A stretch of DNA of 64,000 bases from Camelus ferus (taxonomy: Eukaryota), in NCBI RefSeq assembly GCF_009834535.1, contig NC_045705.1, positions 64,852,001-64,916,000 of the forward strand, read 5' to 3'. The notes below the pieces were generated by a model. That model was not told the DNA's origin, searched no databases, and worked only from the letters and a program-made list of their open reading frames with translations. The translations under genes and the position numbers were made by a program. This document shows, piece by piece, positions 23,001 to 40,132 of the stretch (position 1 is its first letter; every line of letters begins with the position of its first letter).

Positions 23001-25665
23001 CTCTCTCCCCATCAGCCTCCACCCCTCTCCCCACCCTCATTCCTGGCTCAGGACTTGGCTTCCTTCCACTGAGAACCTGGGAGGACCCACAAGAGAAACT
23101 TCTACAAGTTCCCACGAGGTATCTCCCCCAACCCTCCCCACTGCACTTAGATAGACTGCCCCTCCCCTGCACACCAGCTACTCTCTCCTACCCAAGAACA
23201 CCTCTCCAGCAAGCCTCCCTTCTCTCCTACACCCTCCTATGTTTTCTTCGCTCCTGGTTTACCCATCAGCTTATAAACATGCTATTTTCTTTTCCCTTTT
23301 TATCTTAAAAAATAATAAAACAAGCCTTCCTTGACTCTCCTGGTGCCTTCAACTGCCACTTGCTCCTCTGTTCTTCTGGACAGGAGCTTAGCTGCCAATA
23401 GTAGATGCTCCTTTCTGCCTCCAGCTCTTCCCATTATCCCTCCCAGCTCTCCACCCCAACTGCAGTGCCTGTGTGGTCCAGTCCTGCACCCCACTCCCAG
23501 CCCTCCTCCTGCCCCTCCCCTCGTCACCCAGTTCAGCACTCCCCTCCTTACCAGGTGGCTCATCTCAGACTCCAGTGCTGGCTCCTCCTCTGCTGCTGCC
23601 CTGTGCAGGCTGGACCCCAGGTTCAGCCCAGGTCCTCTCCTGTCTACTTTGGCTCCCTGGGGCCTCACAGAACACTCCATCAGTGACTGCCAGCTCCCGC
23701 GTGTACAAATTCCGCTTGGCTCTATCCCTACTAGAAATCTCCACCTGGATGCCTAGAAGGCACCTCTGACCTGACCTGGCCCAAGCAGGGCTCCTGATCT
23801 CGCCCCACACCCTGTCAGTTCCATCTCAGTTAAGAGACACTCCATCCTTGTAGAGGCCCAGCCCAGGTCCCTTGCAGCCATCCTTGATCCTCTCTGTGTC
23901 TCACACCCCACATCTGTCCGTCAGCAAATCCCACCTTCCAAATAAGCCCAGAGTCCAGTTACTTACCACTTTCGCCACCACCACCCTGGCCCAGGCCAGC
24001 ATCCTCCCCTGTGGCACCGCCCCTCCTTTTGCCCACTGCAGACACGCCCAAAACACAGGTGCCCTAGTGATTCTCTGGAAGCCCACATCAGATCAAAGCC
24101 CTCCATGTCTGCACTCAAAGTGAAAGCTGGAGACCTCGCCTAGTCCTCCAAGGCCCTGCCCAGCAGCCTCTCCTCCTCCCTTAATTCTTGAAGTGTCTCC
24201 AACTCCCCTCCCTTCCCTGGCCTGAACTGTGTCCTGCCCTCAGGGCCTTTGCATATGCCCTTCCGTCCACCTGCATGTCCTCCCTCAGATGTCTGCCTGG
24301 CTCATCCTGGCTCACACTCATCACTTCCAGCCTTTGCTCAAATGTCACTTCTTAGCAAGACCTGCCCTGACAAGGCCACCTCAGTTAAAGTCACTCCTCT
24401 CGCCCCTAGGTACTTTAGATTCCAACAAGAAAGTAAAGAGTGTGTCACACACTGCCATCACCTTCTAACGCATTATATCATTTACTTGTTTGTTTGTTTA
24501 TGGCTGGTCTCCCCTCACCTACCAGAATGTAGGCACCACAGGGGCAAGGATTTATCTCTTCTGGTCCCTGATGTACTCCCTGGCAGCTGGAACATGCATG
24601 TGACACACATTAAGCACTTGAGACAGAGAATGGGAAGGAAGAAAAAGCAGAAAAACAGCAAGTGCAAAGACCTGGAAGAAGTTAAAGAAAGCCCGTGGAG
24701 TTCAGTATAACACAGAGTGGGCTGGGAAGGAGACCTTAAGCCTTCCTGCTCCTGAAAATGGGAAGGTGTCATTTCAGCTTCAGCTAGCAAGGAATGTGAT
24801 GTTTGTTTTCGGAAGCTCTCTGTGGCTGTTCCAGGTGCTAAGGCTTGTGCTGGGCACTGGGTGGATGGGGACTACTGAGAAATGGTCACTGCCCTCCAGT
24901 GCCCCTCCTTCCATCCCAGCGCTGGGTCCCCCTCAGTAGGTGTGGAGGACAGCTGATGCCTCTCCAGCCCCACACAGACCTGCTGCCTGGTAGGGCCGTC
25001 TGTCTCCTGGGGTCACTGGGCCGTGGCAACTGACAAGGACAGCCCCATGAGGGTGTGAGCCAACGAGTGCGAAGGAACATAGCTGGAAGCTGTAAGGCCC
25101 AATCCCAGGGAAAGTACTAGCCTGGGGCAGAGTCTCTGCTTGGTGGAAATGCCAAGCAAGTGTGACCTTAGGCAAGTCACTTCCCCTTTCCAGCTACTTC
25201 TCAGTGATTCTATCCTGGTCCTACACTAACAGCTACATACTTTGAGCATTTAGAAAGCACCAGCTCTATAATTAAGTGCTTCTTAGATATTCCTACCAAT
25301 CATCCCAACAGCACTACAATGGTGGTGACTAATTGCTCGGTTTTACAGAAGAGATATAGAGAGGTTAGGGACTTACTCAAAGCCACTCAGGGAGTGTGGA
25401 GGTAGCTAGGGGTGCAGGGAGCTACTGAGCTGGAGGTAAGGTGGACAGGCAGGTGGTTGTTGTAAAGGGGGTGCCTACCTCCATGGTAGTTGCTGTTGGC
25501 CGGTTGCCCCTGCTGGTGACCAGCTTCCCCCAGGAGGCCTGTGGCTGTTCGGCAGTGCTTGCCGGGACCTGGGGCCCTGTCCCCAGTGGGGTTGGGGCCC
25601 AGGCCCCTATCTGCAGGGCTGGATTCTTCCTGCTCACTCTGCTCAAATTCTGGGATCTGGAACAT
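17014..25665 (-). CDS. BAD: BCL2-associated agonist of cell death (168 aa)
   Basis: Exons 25665-25479 ([13 protein letters not shown]...), 17946-17753 ([17 protein letters not shown]3 motif [12 protein letters not shown]) and 17139-17014 ([16 protein letters not shown]...SAPSQ*). Total 507 nt, in frame. Confidence 0.97.
18550..18740. mobile_element. MIR SINE fragment in BAD intron
   Basis: cattctgcagatgagaagacagaggcttagaga...gacttgcccagggtcacatagct. Boundaries approximate. Confidence 0.6.
20914..21213. mobile_element. hAT-Charlie MITE (MER58-like)
   Basis: Terminal inverted repeats cagagtctggcaaa / gtttgccaacccctg, flanked by an 8-bp target duplication CTCTAAAG (20906-20913) / CTCTAAAC (21214-21221). 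Confidence 0.8.
21236..21370 (+). mobile_element. tRNA-derived SINE (camelid-type)
   Basis: gggggagggtataggtcaagtgatagagtgcacacttagcatgcatgaggtcctgggttcaaccccc with A and B boxes, aataaa/taattacc tail and A-rich end. Confidence 0.85.
21807..22370 (+). mobile_element. 5'-truncated LINE-1 (ORF2 end and 3'UTR) inserted in a MIR
   Basis: aatgttcacagcagcactattt...gatgaatggataaagaag...ggacctagagatgatcatactaagtgaa...gctgtacacctgaaactaac, ending in an A-rich tail. Upstream flank is the MIR text ttttacagataggaaaactgaggcac. Confidence 0.9.
23300..24620 (+). mobile_element. Degenerate LINE-2 3' region
   Basis: Pyrimidine-rich L2-like text (tccatccttgta...ccccacatct...aaagccctcca...tcaaatgtcactt...). 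Boundaries approximate. Confidence 0.55.
25130..25390. mobile_element. MIR fragments
   Basis: tgtgaccttaggcaagtcactt... and ttttacagaagagatatagagaggttagggacttactcaaagccac. Boundaries approximate. Confidence 0.55.
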
Positions 25666-25949
25666 GCTCTGGGCTGTGGAGGCAAGATGGCAGGTAGTTA
25701 GGGCACAGCTGGGGCAAACGGTGGCCAGCAGGGGTTGGGGCGCAGGTGCCCCTGGCTCCCTATCCCACCTCAGAGCCCCAAGTCCACCCTGCCTCCCAGG
25801 CCCCCATCTGTCGTTGAGTCTGGCCTGGCAGGAAGCTCAGTCTATCCATCCAGGATCTAAATCTCTCGGAGCCGTGGGGCTGTGGAGCAGCCCCAGGCCC
25901 CTACCCAGGCCTCCTCCAGACAAGCCGATGGTGACGGCAGACAGGTCTC

Positions 25950-27420
25950 ACCCCAAGCCCGATCTCTAGGCCCCTGACCCGGGCCCGCCGCCTCTCTCTA
26001 GCGCTGAGGGAGCCCGGCCCTAGTTGCCTGGGCAACGGGAACTGTCATCGTTCCGGCCCAATCAGCTTTGGAAATGTCACTAGCAGGCCAGCAGGCGGGG
26101 CCACTACCGGCCCGGGGCCCAGCCCACCGTCTTCCTCATGGGTCCCTTCTTCGTCTCCGGATGCTCGGTTCCCAACTTACTTCTGTCTCGGGCATTTGTG
26201 TGTGAGCAGATGAGGGATTCTCTGGAGTCCCCGTTTGGGGACCAGCTTCTGCTGACAAGTCCTTCAGCCTCTCTGGGCCTTAATTCCTGCCCCTGTAAAA
26301 TAGGGAGGATGACACCTCCCTCAGGAGCCAGTGATCCTTGTAAACTGAGTGGTGATTACTGTGGGTGAAAGCACTTTGCAAAACCGTCATTGAAGCTCAG
26401 CCGTTGGATGCAATTGTTGCTGGTGTCACTGCTCCGTCTGGACTGGGTGACCAGATCGGGAAGTCCCCCTCCCTCCTCCCCCAGTGGAACCCTCGCAACG
26501 CCCGCATCAGGGGCGCCACTCCCCGCGCCAACGCGGGAGCACTCGAGATAAGCGAGGGAGCCTCCACCCTGGCAGGATGACTGCCCCGACACAGAAGGGA
26601 CAGAGGCCCCTGTCAGGGTGACCATAGGACTCGCAGGGCCTCACGCCTGGCAGGCGGCGGGCCAGGTGAGCAGGAACCGCCGCCGGCCAGGGCGTCGGCT
26701 GGCGGGCTGTGGGACCCCGGGAGTTAAGGCCGGGGATTGGGGGGGCGGGCCTCGGAGGCCATCTTGGCTGAGGGCGGAAGTTTCCTTCAGAGATCGGGTG
26801 AAGGGAAGTCGTTACCGCCCCGGGTCGGGCGGCACGATCTCGATTTGGGGGTGGAGAAGAGAAGCATGGTAACTGGCGGTCCCCCAAACAAGCAAGGGCC
26901 GCTGGCCCCGGGCACGGCCCACTCCGGCGCGGGCCGGATACAGCGCGGCCAGAGCCTCACGGTCGCCTCCCGCCTCTCGTAACCCCTGGCGCCCGCCGGC
27001 TGCGCAGCTCGCGCCAATTCTCGAACCGCTCCGCCCCGGGCGCGGCGCAGGGCTGCGGAGCAAGGGCTAGACTGAGCAATTTGCGTAGCGAACGGCGCCC
27101 GCGCAGGCGCAGGAGGGGGCGGAGCAGCGGGGGCCGGGGAGCCGGAGTCCAGGGTCCCAGCGACCGGAGCCGGCTCCCCCAGCGGCGGCCTGAGGACCCG
27201 GCGTCGACCTCCTCCCCTCCCCTGCGGCTGGAGAGTGGACGCAGTGGGGGTGGGGTGGGGGCAGCGTTCGGAATCCCGAGGACGAAAGGCAGAGGCCCTA
27301 CCATCCGGATTGTTGAGGGGAGAGAGCCCCCCAGTTTGGGGAGGGGGAGAGCCAGGCGTTAAGCGCGCCCCGCAGCGGCCGCTGCCCTGAGCCGACTGGC
27401 ATTGGCCGGCTCTCCCCCTC
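25950..27420. promoter_or_regulatory. CpG island / divergent promoter shared by BAD and GPR137
   Basis: CpG-dense DNA between head-to-head genes, with an RFX-like palindrome GTTGCCTGGGCAAC (26023-26036), a CCAAT box near 26058, GC boxes and a GGAAGT ETS core. Confidence 0.75.
25952..26025 (-). other. BAD: BAD non-coding exon 1 (5' end approximate)
   Basis: Minus-strand donor ...gatcgggcttggg|gtgag at 25952/25951. It would splice to the acceptor cctccacag|cccagagcATG at 25673. Confidence 0.65.
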
Positions 27421-27768
27421 CTGCCAGGACGACTCCAGCGACCAAGGCCAGGGACCCCTCTTCAGCCTCTGCACCTCCCCACCCCCAACCCTGGCTTCTG
27501 AGGCTGGCCCAGGGAGGAGACACTCTCTGCCCCGGACAGGAAAGGCTGTCCTTCCATACCCCTGAGTGAGGGACCCAGGTTGCCTGTGCCTAGCAAAGGC
27601 GAGGGATCCCTCTGTTGGGGGAGGGCCTGGCCAGCCACAGCTTCTTTACCCCTAAGCTCCCCATCTCTGCCTCTGCACCCTACAACTCCCACCCCTCTGT
27701 ATTTATTTCCCTTGCCCCCTACCAGCCACTCCACCTCTGTCTCCCGGATTCAGGCCTCCCTCTCTGAC

Positions 27769-30408
27769 ATGGAGAGTAACCTGTCTGGCCTGGTGCCTGC
27801 TGCTGGGCTGGTGCCTGCGCTGCCGCCTGCCGTGACCCTGGGGCTGACTGCGGCCTACACTACCCTGTATGCCCTGCTCTTCTTCTCCGTCTATGCCCAG
27901 CTCTGGCTGGTGCTCCTGTATGGGCACAAGCGTCTCAGCTATCAGACGGTGTTCCTGGCACTGTGTCTGCTCTGGGCTGCCTTGCGTACCACCCTCTTCT
28001 CCTTCTATTTTCGAGATACACCCCGAGCCAACCGCCTGGGACCCCTGCCCTTTTGGCTTCTCTACTGCTGCCCTGTCTGCCTGCAGTTCTTCACACTGAC
28101 GCTTATGAACCTCTACTTTGCTCAGGTAACCATGGGGACGGGTGGGGGTGGGCAGTGGGGTGGCCAGCCCCAAGGGCCCAAAAGAATGATGGGCATCTCT
28201 GCTCCCAGGTGGTGTTCAAGGCCAAGGCAAAGCGTCGGCCAGAGATGAGCCGAGGCTTGTAAGTACTCGGGACACTGGTGGGCTCAGCCCCCAGCTCATG
28301 GGCAGGGAGAAGCCCAGTGGCCATTCCTTCCCCCATGGCAGGTTGAGGTGAGGACAACCCAGGGAATGTTTGTGAAAGGCTTGGAAAAGTTAGGCACTTG
28401 GTGTCGATGGCTTAGCAGATGCGCTGCACATGTGAAAGGCAACTATAATAGAAACAATCATGATATGGTGAGGGGCATGGGTACCAGCGTCATCCATGAT
28501 GGAAGAAGAGCTGTAGGCTCCAGCCTTTGGAAACTCCAAACCCAAGGACACTTCTAGGTGACCTTGGGCAATGATACTCCTGTCATATGTATAACATCTC
28601 ACAGTTTTATTAAGAGCTTTCACAAATATCATTAATTTTTACATCTTACTTGTGAAGCTGATGTTATTCCCATTTGAGAGATGAAGACACTGAGGCCCAG
28701 CAAGGTCAAGCAACATGTTCAAGGTCACACCCCTGGCAGGAGGCAGAGTCAGGGCTTAAACCCAGATTTCTGACTCACAATCTAGTGCTGTTTCCACTGT
28801 ACTGCAGCTGTCAATCACCTTCTGACTTCTTTGGGCCCCAGTTTCCTCATCTGCAAACCTGGGAACAGGTTCAGACTGGATGATCTGAGGTTCTGATTGA
28901 CACCGGGGTCTCCTGGGGGATGTGGTTGGTGGTTGGTGAGTGTCAGAGGTGGCCAGCTGGGGCTGACTGTGCTGTGGGCCGCAGGCTGGCTGTCCGAGGG
29001 GCCTTCGTGGGGGCCTCGCTGCTCTTTCTGCTGGTGAATGTGCTGTGTGCAGTGCTGTCCCGCCGGCGCCGGGCACAGCCCTGGGCCCTCCTGCTGGTGC
29101 GCGTCCTGGTGAGCGACTCCCTGTTTGTTATCTGCGCACTCTCTCTTGCTGCCTGCCTCTGCCTTGTCGCCCGGCGGGCCCCCTCCACCAGCATCTACCT
29201 GGAGGCCAAGGTAGGGCCACAAGCGCTGATGCTTGAGTGTCTTTTTGGGGTGTTTGGGGTCTTCAGGGTAGAGAGGAAGTTGGAGCCTCCCGTCCCTGAG
29301 GGTCCTCTGTTGTCATCTGTGCCAGGGGACCAGTGTGTGCCAGGCAGCTGCAATGGGTGGCGCCATGGTCCTGCTCTATGCCAGCCGGGCCTGCTACAAC
29401 CTGGCGGCCCTGGCCTTGGCCCCCCAGAGCCGGCTGGATGCCTTCGATTATGACTGGTACAACGTCTCTGACCAGGTGGGCATTCAGCTCGTCTGCTGTG
29501 GCTCTTGGCCCCAAGCTGGCCTGGGCCCTGTCTGGGTGGCCCCACTGGCACAACTGCAGATTGGCACAGCCCCTGCCTCCCCACAGGCGGACCTGGTGAA
29601 TGACTTGGGGAACAAAGGCTACCTGGTGTTTGGCCTCATCCTTTTTGTGTGGGAACTGCTGCCCACCACCCTGCTGGTGGGCTTCTTTCGGGTGCATCGG
29701 CCCCCACAGGACCTGGTGAGGGCCAGTGGAGAAGGGTGGCACTGGGAATCCCTGGACTGGGCTCTGGGGGTGGTGGGAGGCCAGTGGGGGGCAGGAGAAA
29801 GCATCAATGGTGGCTCCCTCCCCCAGAGCACCAGCCGCATCCTCAACGGGCAGGTCTTTGGCTCCCGTTCCTACTTCTTTGACCGGGCCCACTGCGAGGA
29901 CGAGGGCTGCTCTTGGGAGCACAGCCGGGGCGAGAGCACCAGGTAGGAGTCCCGGCCCCACCTCAGGTCCCCTGGGCTCCCAGATTGCCCCATCGAGCCG
30001 TGGGGACCTAGAACTGGGTCTTGCCACCCACTACCCACCTCCAATGGCCTTTGCTTCCTGTCTTTACAAGGTGAGGTCCCCTCTGGTTTCCTTTTGCTCA
30101 GGCCCCCATCCTACCCCCCAAATGCAGTTTGCCATAGACAGAGAGGTCTGGGTCACTGGGCTCTGTTCTGAGTTTCTCTCCCTCCGCCAGCTCTTGCGAC
30201 TGTGGTCCTGGTCACTGCTGTGGGACTGACCCTATTTTCTGCCTGCAGCATGTCTGGCAGCCTGAGCTCTGGTAGCTGGTACGGCACCATCGGGCGGGAG
30301 CCAGGCTGGTGCGGAGGCAGCCAGACGCGGACCACTCCTCTGCTCTTCTCCCAGGTTCTAGGACCAGGCAGCCACCACCACAGTCTCTACTCCACCCCAC
30401 AGACGTGA
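27769..30408 (+). CDS. GPR137: Integral membrane protein GPR137 (395 aa)
   Basis: Exons 27769-28125, 28209-28258, 28985-29210, 29326-29475, 29587-29715, 29827-29942, 30249-30408. Total 1188 nt. Starts [20 protein letters not shown], has seven hydrophobic segments, ends [11 protein letters not shown]. Confidence 0.95.
28500..28860. mobile_element. MIR fragments in GPR137 intron 2
   Basis: cccatttgagagatgaagacactgaggcccag...aaggtcacac, and gggccccagtttcctcatctgcaaa. Boundaries approximate. Confidence 0.6.
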
Positions 30409-30682
30409 TCCTCCTCCGTTTCCCCCCACAACATCCAGGCCCCAGTCCCTCCCACCCTAGGCCCCTGTGCCAAGTTCACCCGCCGCTTCTTGCCCAGGAT
30501 CCCGGGGGCTGTAGCTGCCTCTTCCCCAGGCCAGCTCCTTGCTACTCCTGATGTAGTGAGCTTGTGCTGTCCCCTAGGATGAGGGGCATGGCCCTGGCTG
30601 CCAGATGCCCACAGCACCCTGGCATGACCTGCCACCTCCGCTTCTACATGGGAGCCAGCTACCTCTCCTGCGCCTGCCACTC

Positions 30683-30688
30683 AATAAA
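30683..30688 (+). terminator. GPR137 polyadenylation signal AATAAA
   Basis: AATAAA about 275 nt after the stop codon. Confidence 0.7.
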
Positions 30689-32299
30689 CAGTGTCTGTGC
30701 CCTGAGTCCATTCACTGCTTGCTTGTGTTCCTCACACCGTAGCCGGTTCAGTCTAAGACAGATCTGGCACTGCCCGTTGAAGAGGACTGCTGGGCTGGGC
30801 AGGGGCCTTTTACCTCCCCCAAGGCTGGTGGGCAAGGAGAGGGAGCAGCCTGCAGTCTGAGGGGAAGAGAGACCAGAAGAGTCCTGCTTCCACCCCAACC
30901 CCCTCCCTACTTGAACAATTTCTACTCTTTCCTCAAGATCTGATTCAAATTTCACCTCTTTTATGAAGCCTTCCATCTCCCGGTCAGAGAACTGTGTCCC
31001 CCGCCTATTGGGTCCCTTGGCACTGTGATTGTGTATGGCTACTATGCTTCTTACCCTCAGTGGATCGGGATATCTGGAGACCTTGTTCCCCTGTTATTAT
31101 GCCCAACCTAGCCTTCAGGCCCAGGAGTTAATCCAAGGCCTGTGGAGGAGTTGGCCAGTGACTGAGCAGCCCCCATCTCCCTACCAGGTGTGGATTTGGT
31201 CAGATGGGTGGGCTACACTCACACAGTCTTCCTGGTGGTCCTGAGGACCCCCTTCTCTGCTGTCCCTAGTAGTGCAGTCACTGCCCTCTGCAGTCACAGC
31301 CCTTACAGATCTGTCATCTGCTCCATAGCTGGAGTTCTTTATCAGATGGTCTGTCTCCTGCCCATGTACCTGGCCATTTATTCCAGCTCCTTGGAATTCC
31401 TGGAGCCTAGTACTGAGCCTGTCTCAAAACCCTTCCCCTGGGACTATCCTGAGTGCCAGGCCCCCATGGCCTCCAGAGAGGGCATCTGAGATTCAGAGAA
31501 TCAGCTTAAAGCTGGACAGTCACTTTTTGTTGAAAGGAAAATTGCTAACATTTGTAGGGCACTTAATTGTGAATGCTAAGCTCTGTTTTGAGCATTTACA
31601 AATACCCACCTCTTTAATTCTCAGGATAGCACCCTGAGGTGATAATTAATCATCCTTTTTCTGTAAGTGGCAACTGGAAGGCTCAAAGAATTTGGTAACC
31701 TGTCTAGGCCCTCTTCTGGTAGGAGGCGGTCAGACTTAGAGCCCCTGCTTAAAACCATTCAGGTGAAGGCTGAGGACCCCAGGCAGAGGAGGGTATTTGT
31801 CAAGATAAAAGTTGTAAAGAAGTGGGTAAAAGCAGAGAGGGGCTGAGTTCCAGCAACTGCCAGGGCCCTGCTGTTCCAGCAGTGGGGGAGGGAGTGCTGG
31901 CACCAGTTCCAGACTGGGATGGGCATGGAAGTGAGGAGCAAGGGATGGGGATACAGGAGTAGGGGCAGGAGGTGCCCCAGCTTGATTTCCTGGAGCTTGG
32001 TCCCAACCCTACCTCGGCCTTGGTGGATTCCCCCACCCCCTTTTCCCGTGGGATGTCCTCCCTCATGAGTGCTGAGCCCAAGGTCCAAGCTGTCCCCAGG
32101 GGCAGGGTGTTGAGAGCCCTTGGGATCTGGTAGTGGGCCTAGAAGATGCTGGGAGATTAGCGTGGTTCCCGTCTGGAGAGGTGAGCCGGCTGATGTCCAG
32201 GCCAGGCCAGTCCGCTGGCCACACTGGCTGGCTGGCTGGCAGGGCAGCACGAGGGATCCGATCTGGGACTCCAGGCCTGACCCATCGGCAACCCCTCTC

Positions 32300-33400
32300 T
32301 GGCTCCTCTGCCATTCATCTCCTGGGACCGGCCGGGACTGGGGGGCTGGGCGGCCGCAGGTAAGGAGAGGCGCCGGTGGCGAGGGTGAGGCACGGAGGGA
32401 AGCACGGCGCTGGAGGGGTTAAACGCGGGAGGAGGGGGGCTTCTGGCTGCGGGAGGGGGGGTCCCAGCCCCGGCGGCCACCCGCTCCGCCCCTGCTGCCG
32501 CCGCCGCCTCCGCGGCCCAGCCGGCACCGGCGAGGCCGTTCGAGAACCCGGGCCGCAGCCGCAGCCGCCGCCGCCGCAGCGGGGCCGACAGTGAGTGCAG
32601 GGCGGAGAGGGCAGGCGCGCGGGTGCGGGGAGGGAGTGCGGGATCGCGGGGGGCGCAAGGGGCTACTGGCGGCAAGGGGCGCCCACCTCCCGCACGTGGG
32701 CGCCTCCGGGAGTCGTGCGGCCGCCCGTCCCGCCGCCCGTCACGCTCCGAGTTGTCGGCGTGAAGACGCCGGGAGGCGGTGGGAGCGAGCGGCGGGTGTG
32801 GGGTGCCTGGGCGGCGGGCGCTGCACGATGGCCCCGCGATCTGAGTGTGTGTGTACGTGAGTGTGCGCACACGTGTGTGGGGGCCTCTGGGGGCCTTGAC
32901 CCGCCACGCACGGCCCTGGGGGTCTAGTGTGCCCGTGAGTCCGGGGAATGAGCAGGTGGAGTGTGTGCGTGCGTGCAGCCTGGGCAGCGAGGCGGCTGGA
33001 GCCGCAGGGTGGAGGGTGGGCGCGCAGGTCTTTGTGCCCGCGTGTGTGCGCGTGGGCGCCGCCGCCCGCTGTCCCGGGGACTGACAGCTGTCCCGGGGGA
33101 TGCTGCACTGGTCCGCCCCGGTCGCTCCCACCCCGCTCCTTCCCGGAACCCGGCACCTTCCCGTCCCCTCCTCCCTGCCTCTGCGCAGCGACTGGGACCC
33201 GCCCCTGGGTTCCTCGAAAGCTCGGCGGGGCGCTGGGGGACCCTGGAGGCTCCCTGCCCGGCCCATCGCGTCTAGCAGCAGAGCAAGGAGAGGCAAGAGG
33301 GGAGGGAGAAGCCGCGAAGATGCTGCCGCAGCCTCAGCGGACGAGCCGGGACCAGCCATCCCCGTCCACGCCCTGCGCGGTCCGGCCTCTCCTCCGACTT
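32300..33400. promoter_or_regulatory. KCNK4 CpG island, promoter and first exon (donor at 32590/32591)
   Basis: Very CpG-rich, with GCC/GCA triplet runs and a strong donor gccgaca|GTGAGT. Confidence 0.7.
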
Positions 33401-33737
33401 TCCCTTCACTCGCCTCTGCGCCCCTTCAGCCACCAGGCCCCCAGCACTTCCTTGCTCACCGCCTCTCCCTGCGTAGGCTCAGTCTCTCTTTCCCCCTTCC
33501 ACGCTCCATCCTTTCCCTTCTCGGTGCCCTCTTCTCTTCTCACACTCTGGAGTCCCCGGACAGGGGCTGAGGGCCGGGCAGTGGAGGTAAGGGGGAGGAC
33601 AGAGGTGGTGGGGAACTGGGTGTGTCCTGGTACCAAGTATCCGGCCAGAGGGATGTGAGGAGAGGATATCCGTGGGTAGTAGGGCTGGGGGCTCCAAGCA
33701 CTTTTGGGTGTGTAGGGATTGGAGAAGGAGGGTGTAG

Positions 33738-39384
<5,647 letters not shown>

Positions 39385-39650
39385 GGGCAGGACCCCGGCC
39401 CAGGGCCTCTCAAAGGGCTTCGTTCTTGCTTTCTCCCCGGCATGCTCTGCTTGTTTGACCAAAGAGCCCTCTCTCGAGTGGACTGAAGCCTGGGGAGGAG
39501 GCTAAGGGCTGCTTGTCTGCCACCCTCTGCTCCTGGCCCCCTCCTCACTTCATCCATTACCAGATTCCCCCCACCAAGGCTTTCTGTCTCACTGTCCTGT
39601 CTGGGCCGGTCCCTCACAACATCTCACGACTGTGCCTCAAAGCCTACATC

Positions 39651-39656
39651 AATAAA
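39651..39656 (+). terminator. KCNK4 polyadenylation signal AATAAA
   Basis: AATAAA about 270 nt after the stop codon. Confidence 0.7.
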
Positions 39657-40132
39657 CGAAAACAGTCTGCACCACTGCGGGCGTGGCGCTCCGGGGACGC
39701 GAGAGGGTGTAGGAGTGCTTGCATAGGGCCACCTTCGGGGCAAGTCAGGCTTCCCCGGACCCCCGGGCCAAGCCTCGCCTCCCACCTACACCCACTTCGG
39801 TCAAGGCACGGTGCTCTTGGCTGTGCTCGGACTTGTGTCTCTGCTCGGACTTGTGTCTCTTGTGTCTCTGGGGTTTACCAGATAGCGTCTGGCGTGGGAA
39901 TCTGCCAAGATGGGCTGTACCTTCATCCTCAGCATACCTCTTGGGGGTTGGGGTAGTGAGGGGGATGGGAAGACATAACGGCATCTGGTGTGGAGGGCTG
40001 TAGGTTGAACTCTCCCCGCGCGAGACCCCCATCACCATTCCAAACGGGACCCTGCCCCTCCCCCTTCTTGGAGCGTGACCACCTCCTCCTTGCCCCGAGG
40101 CCTGTGGCGACTGGGCCCGTTGGGGCAGAACC

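Noticed and set aside
22499-23308. 269-aa plus-strand ORF in the BAD intron
   Set aside because: Non-ATG start and Pro/Ser/Leu-rich composition expected from pyrimidine-rich, L2-derived DNA.
27580-27768. Apparent 63-aa N-terminal extension of GPR137
   Set aside because: Begins at TTG with no ATG. The recognisable protein starts at ATG 27769.
32157-33658. Many overlapping long ORFs (up to 400 aa) on both strands at the KCNK4 5' end
   Set aside because: CpG-island sequence is depleted of stop codons; products are Arg/Pro/Ala low-complexity strings.
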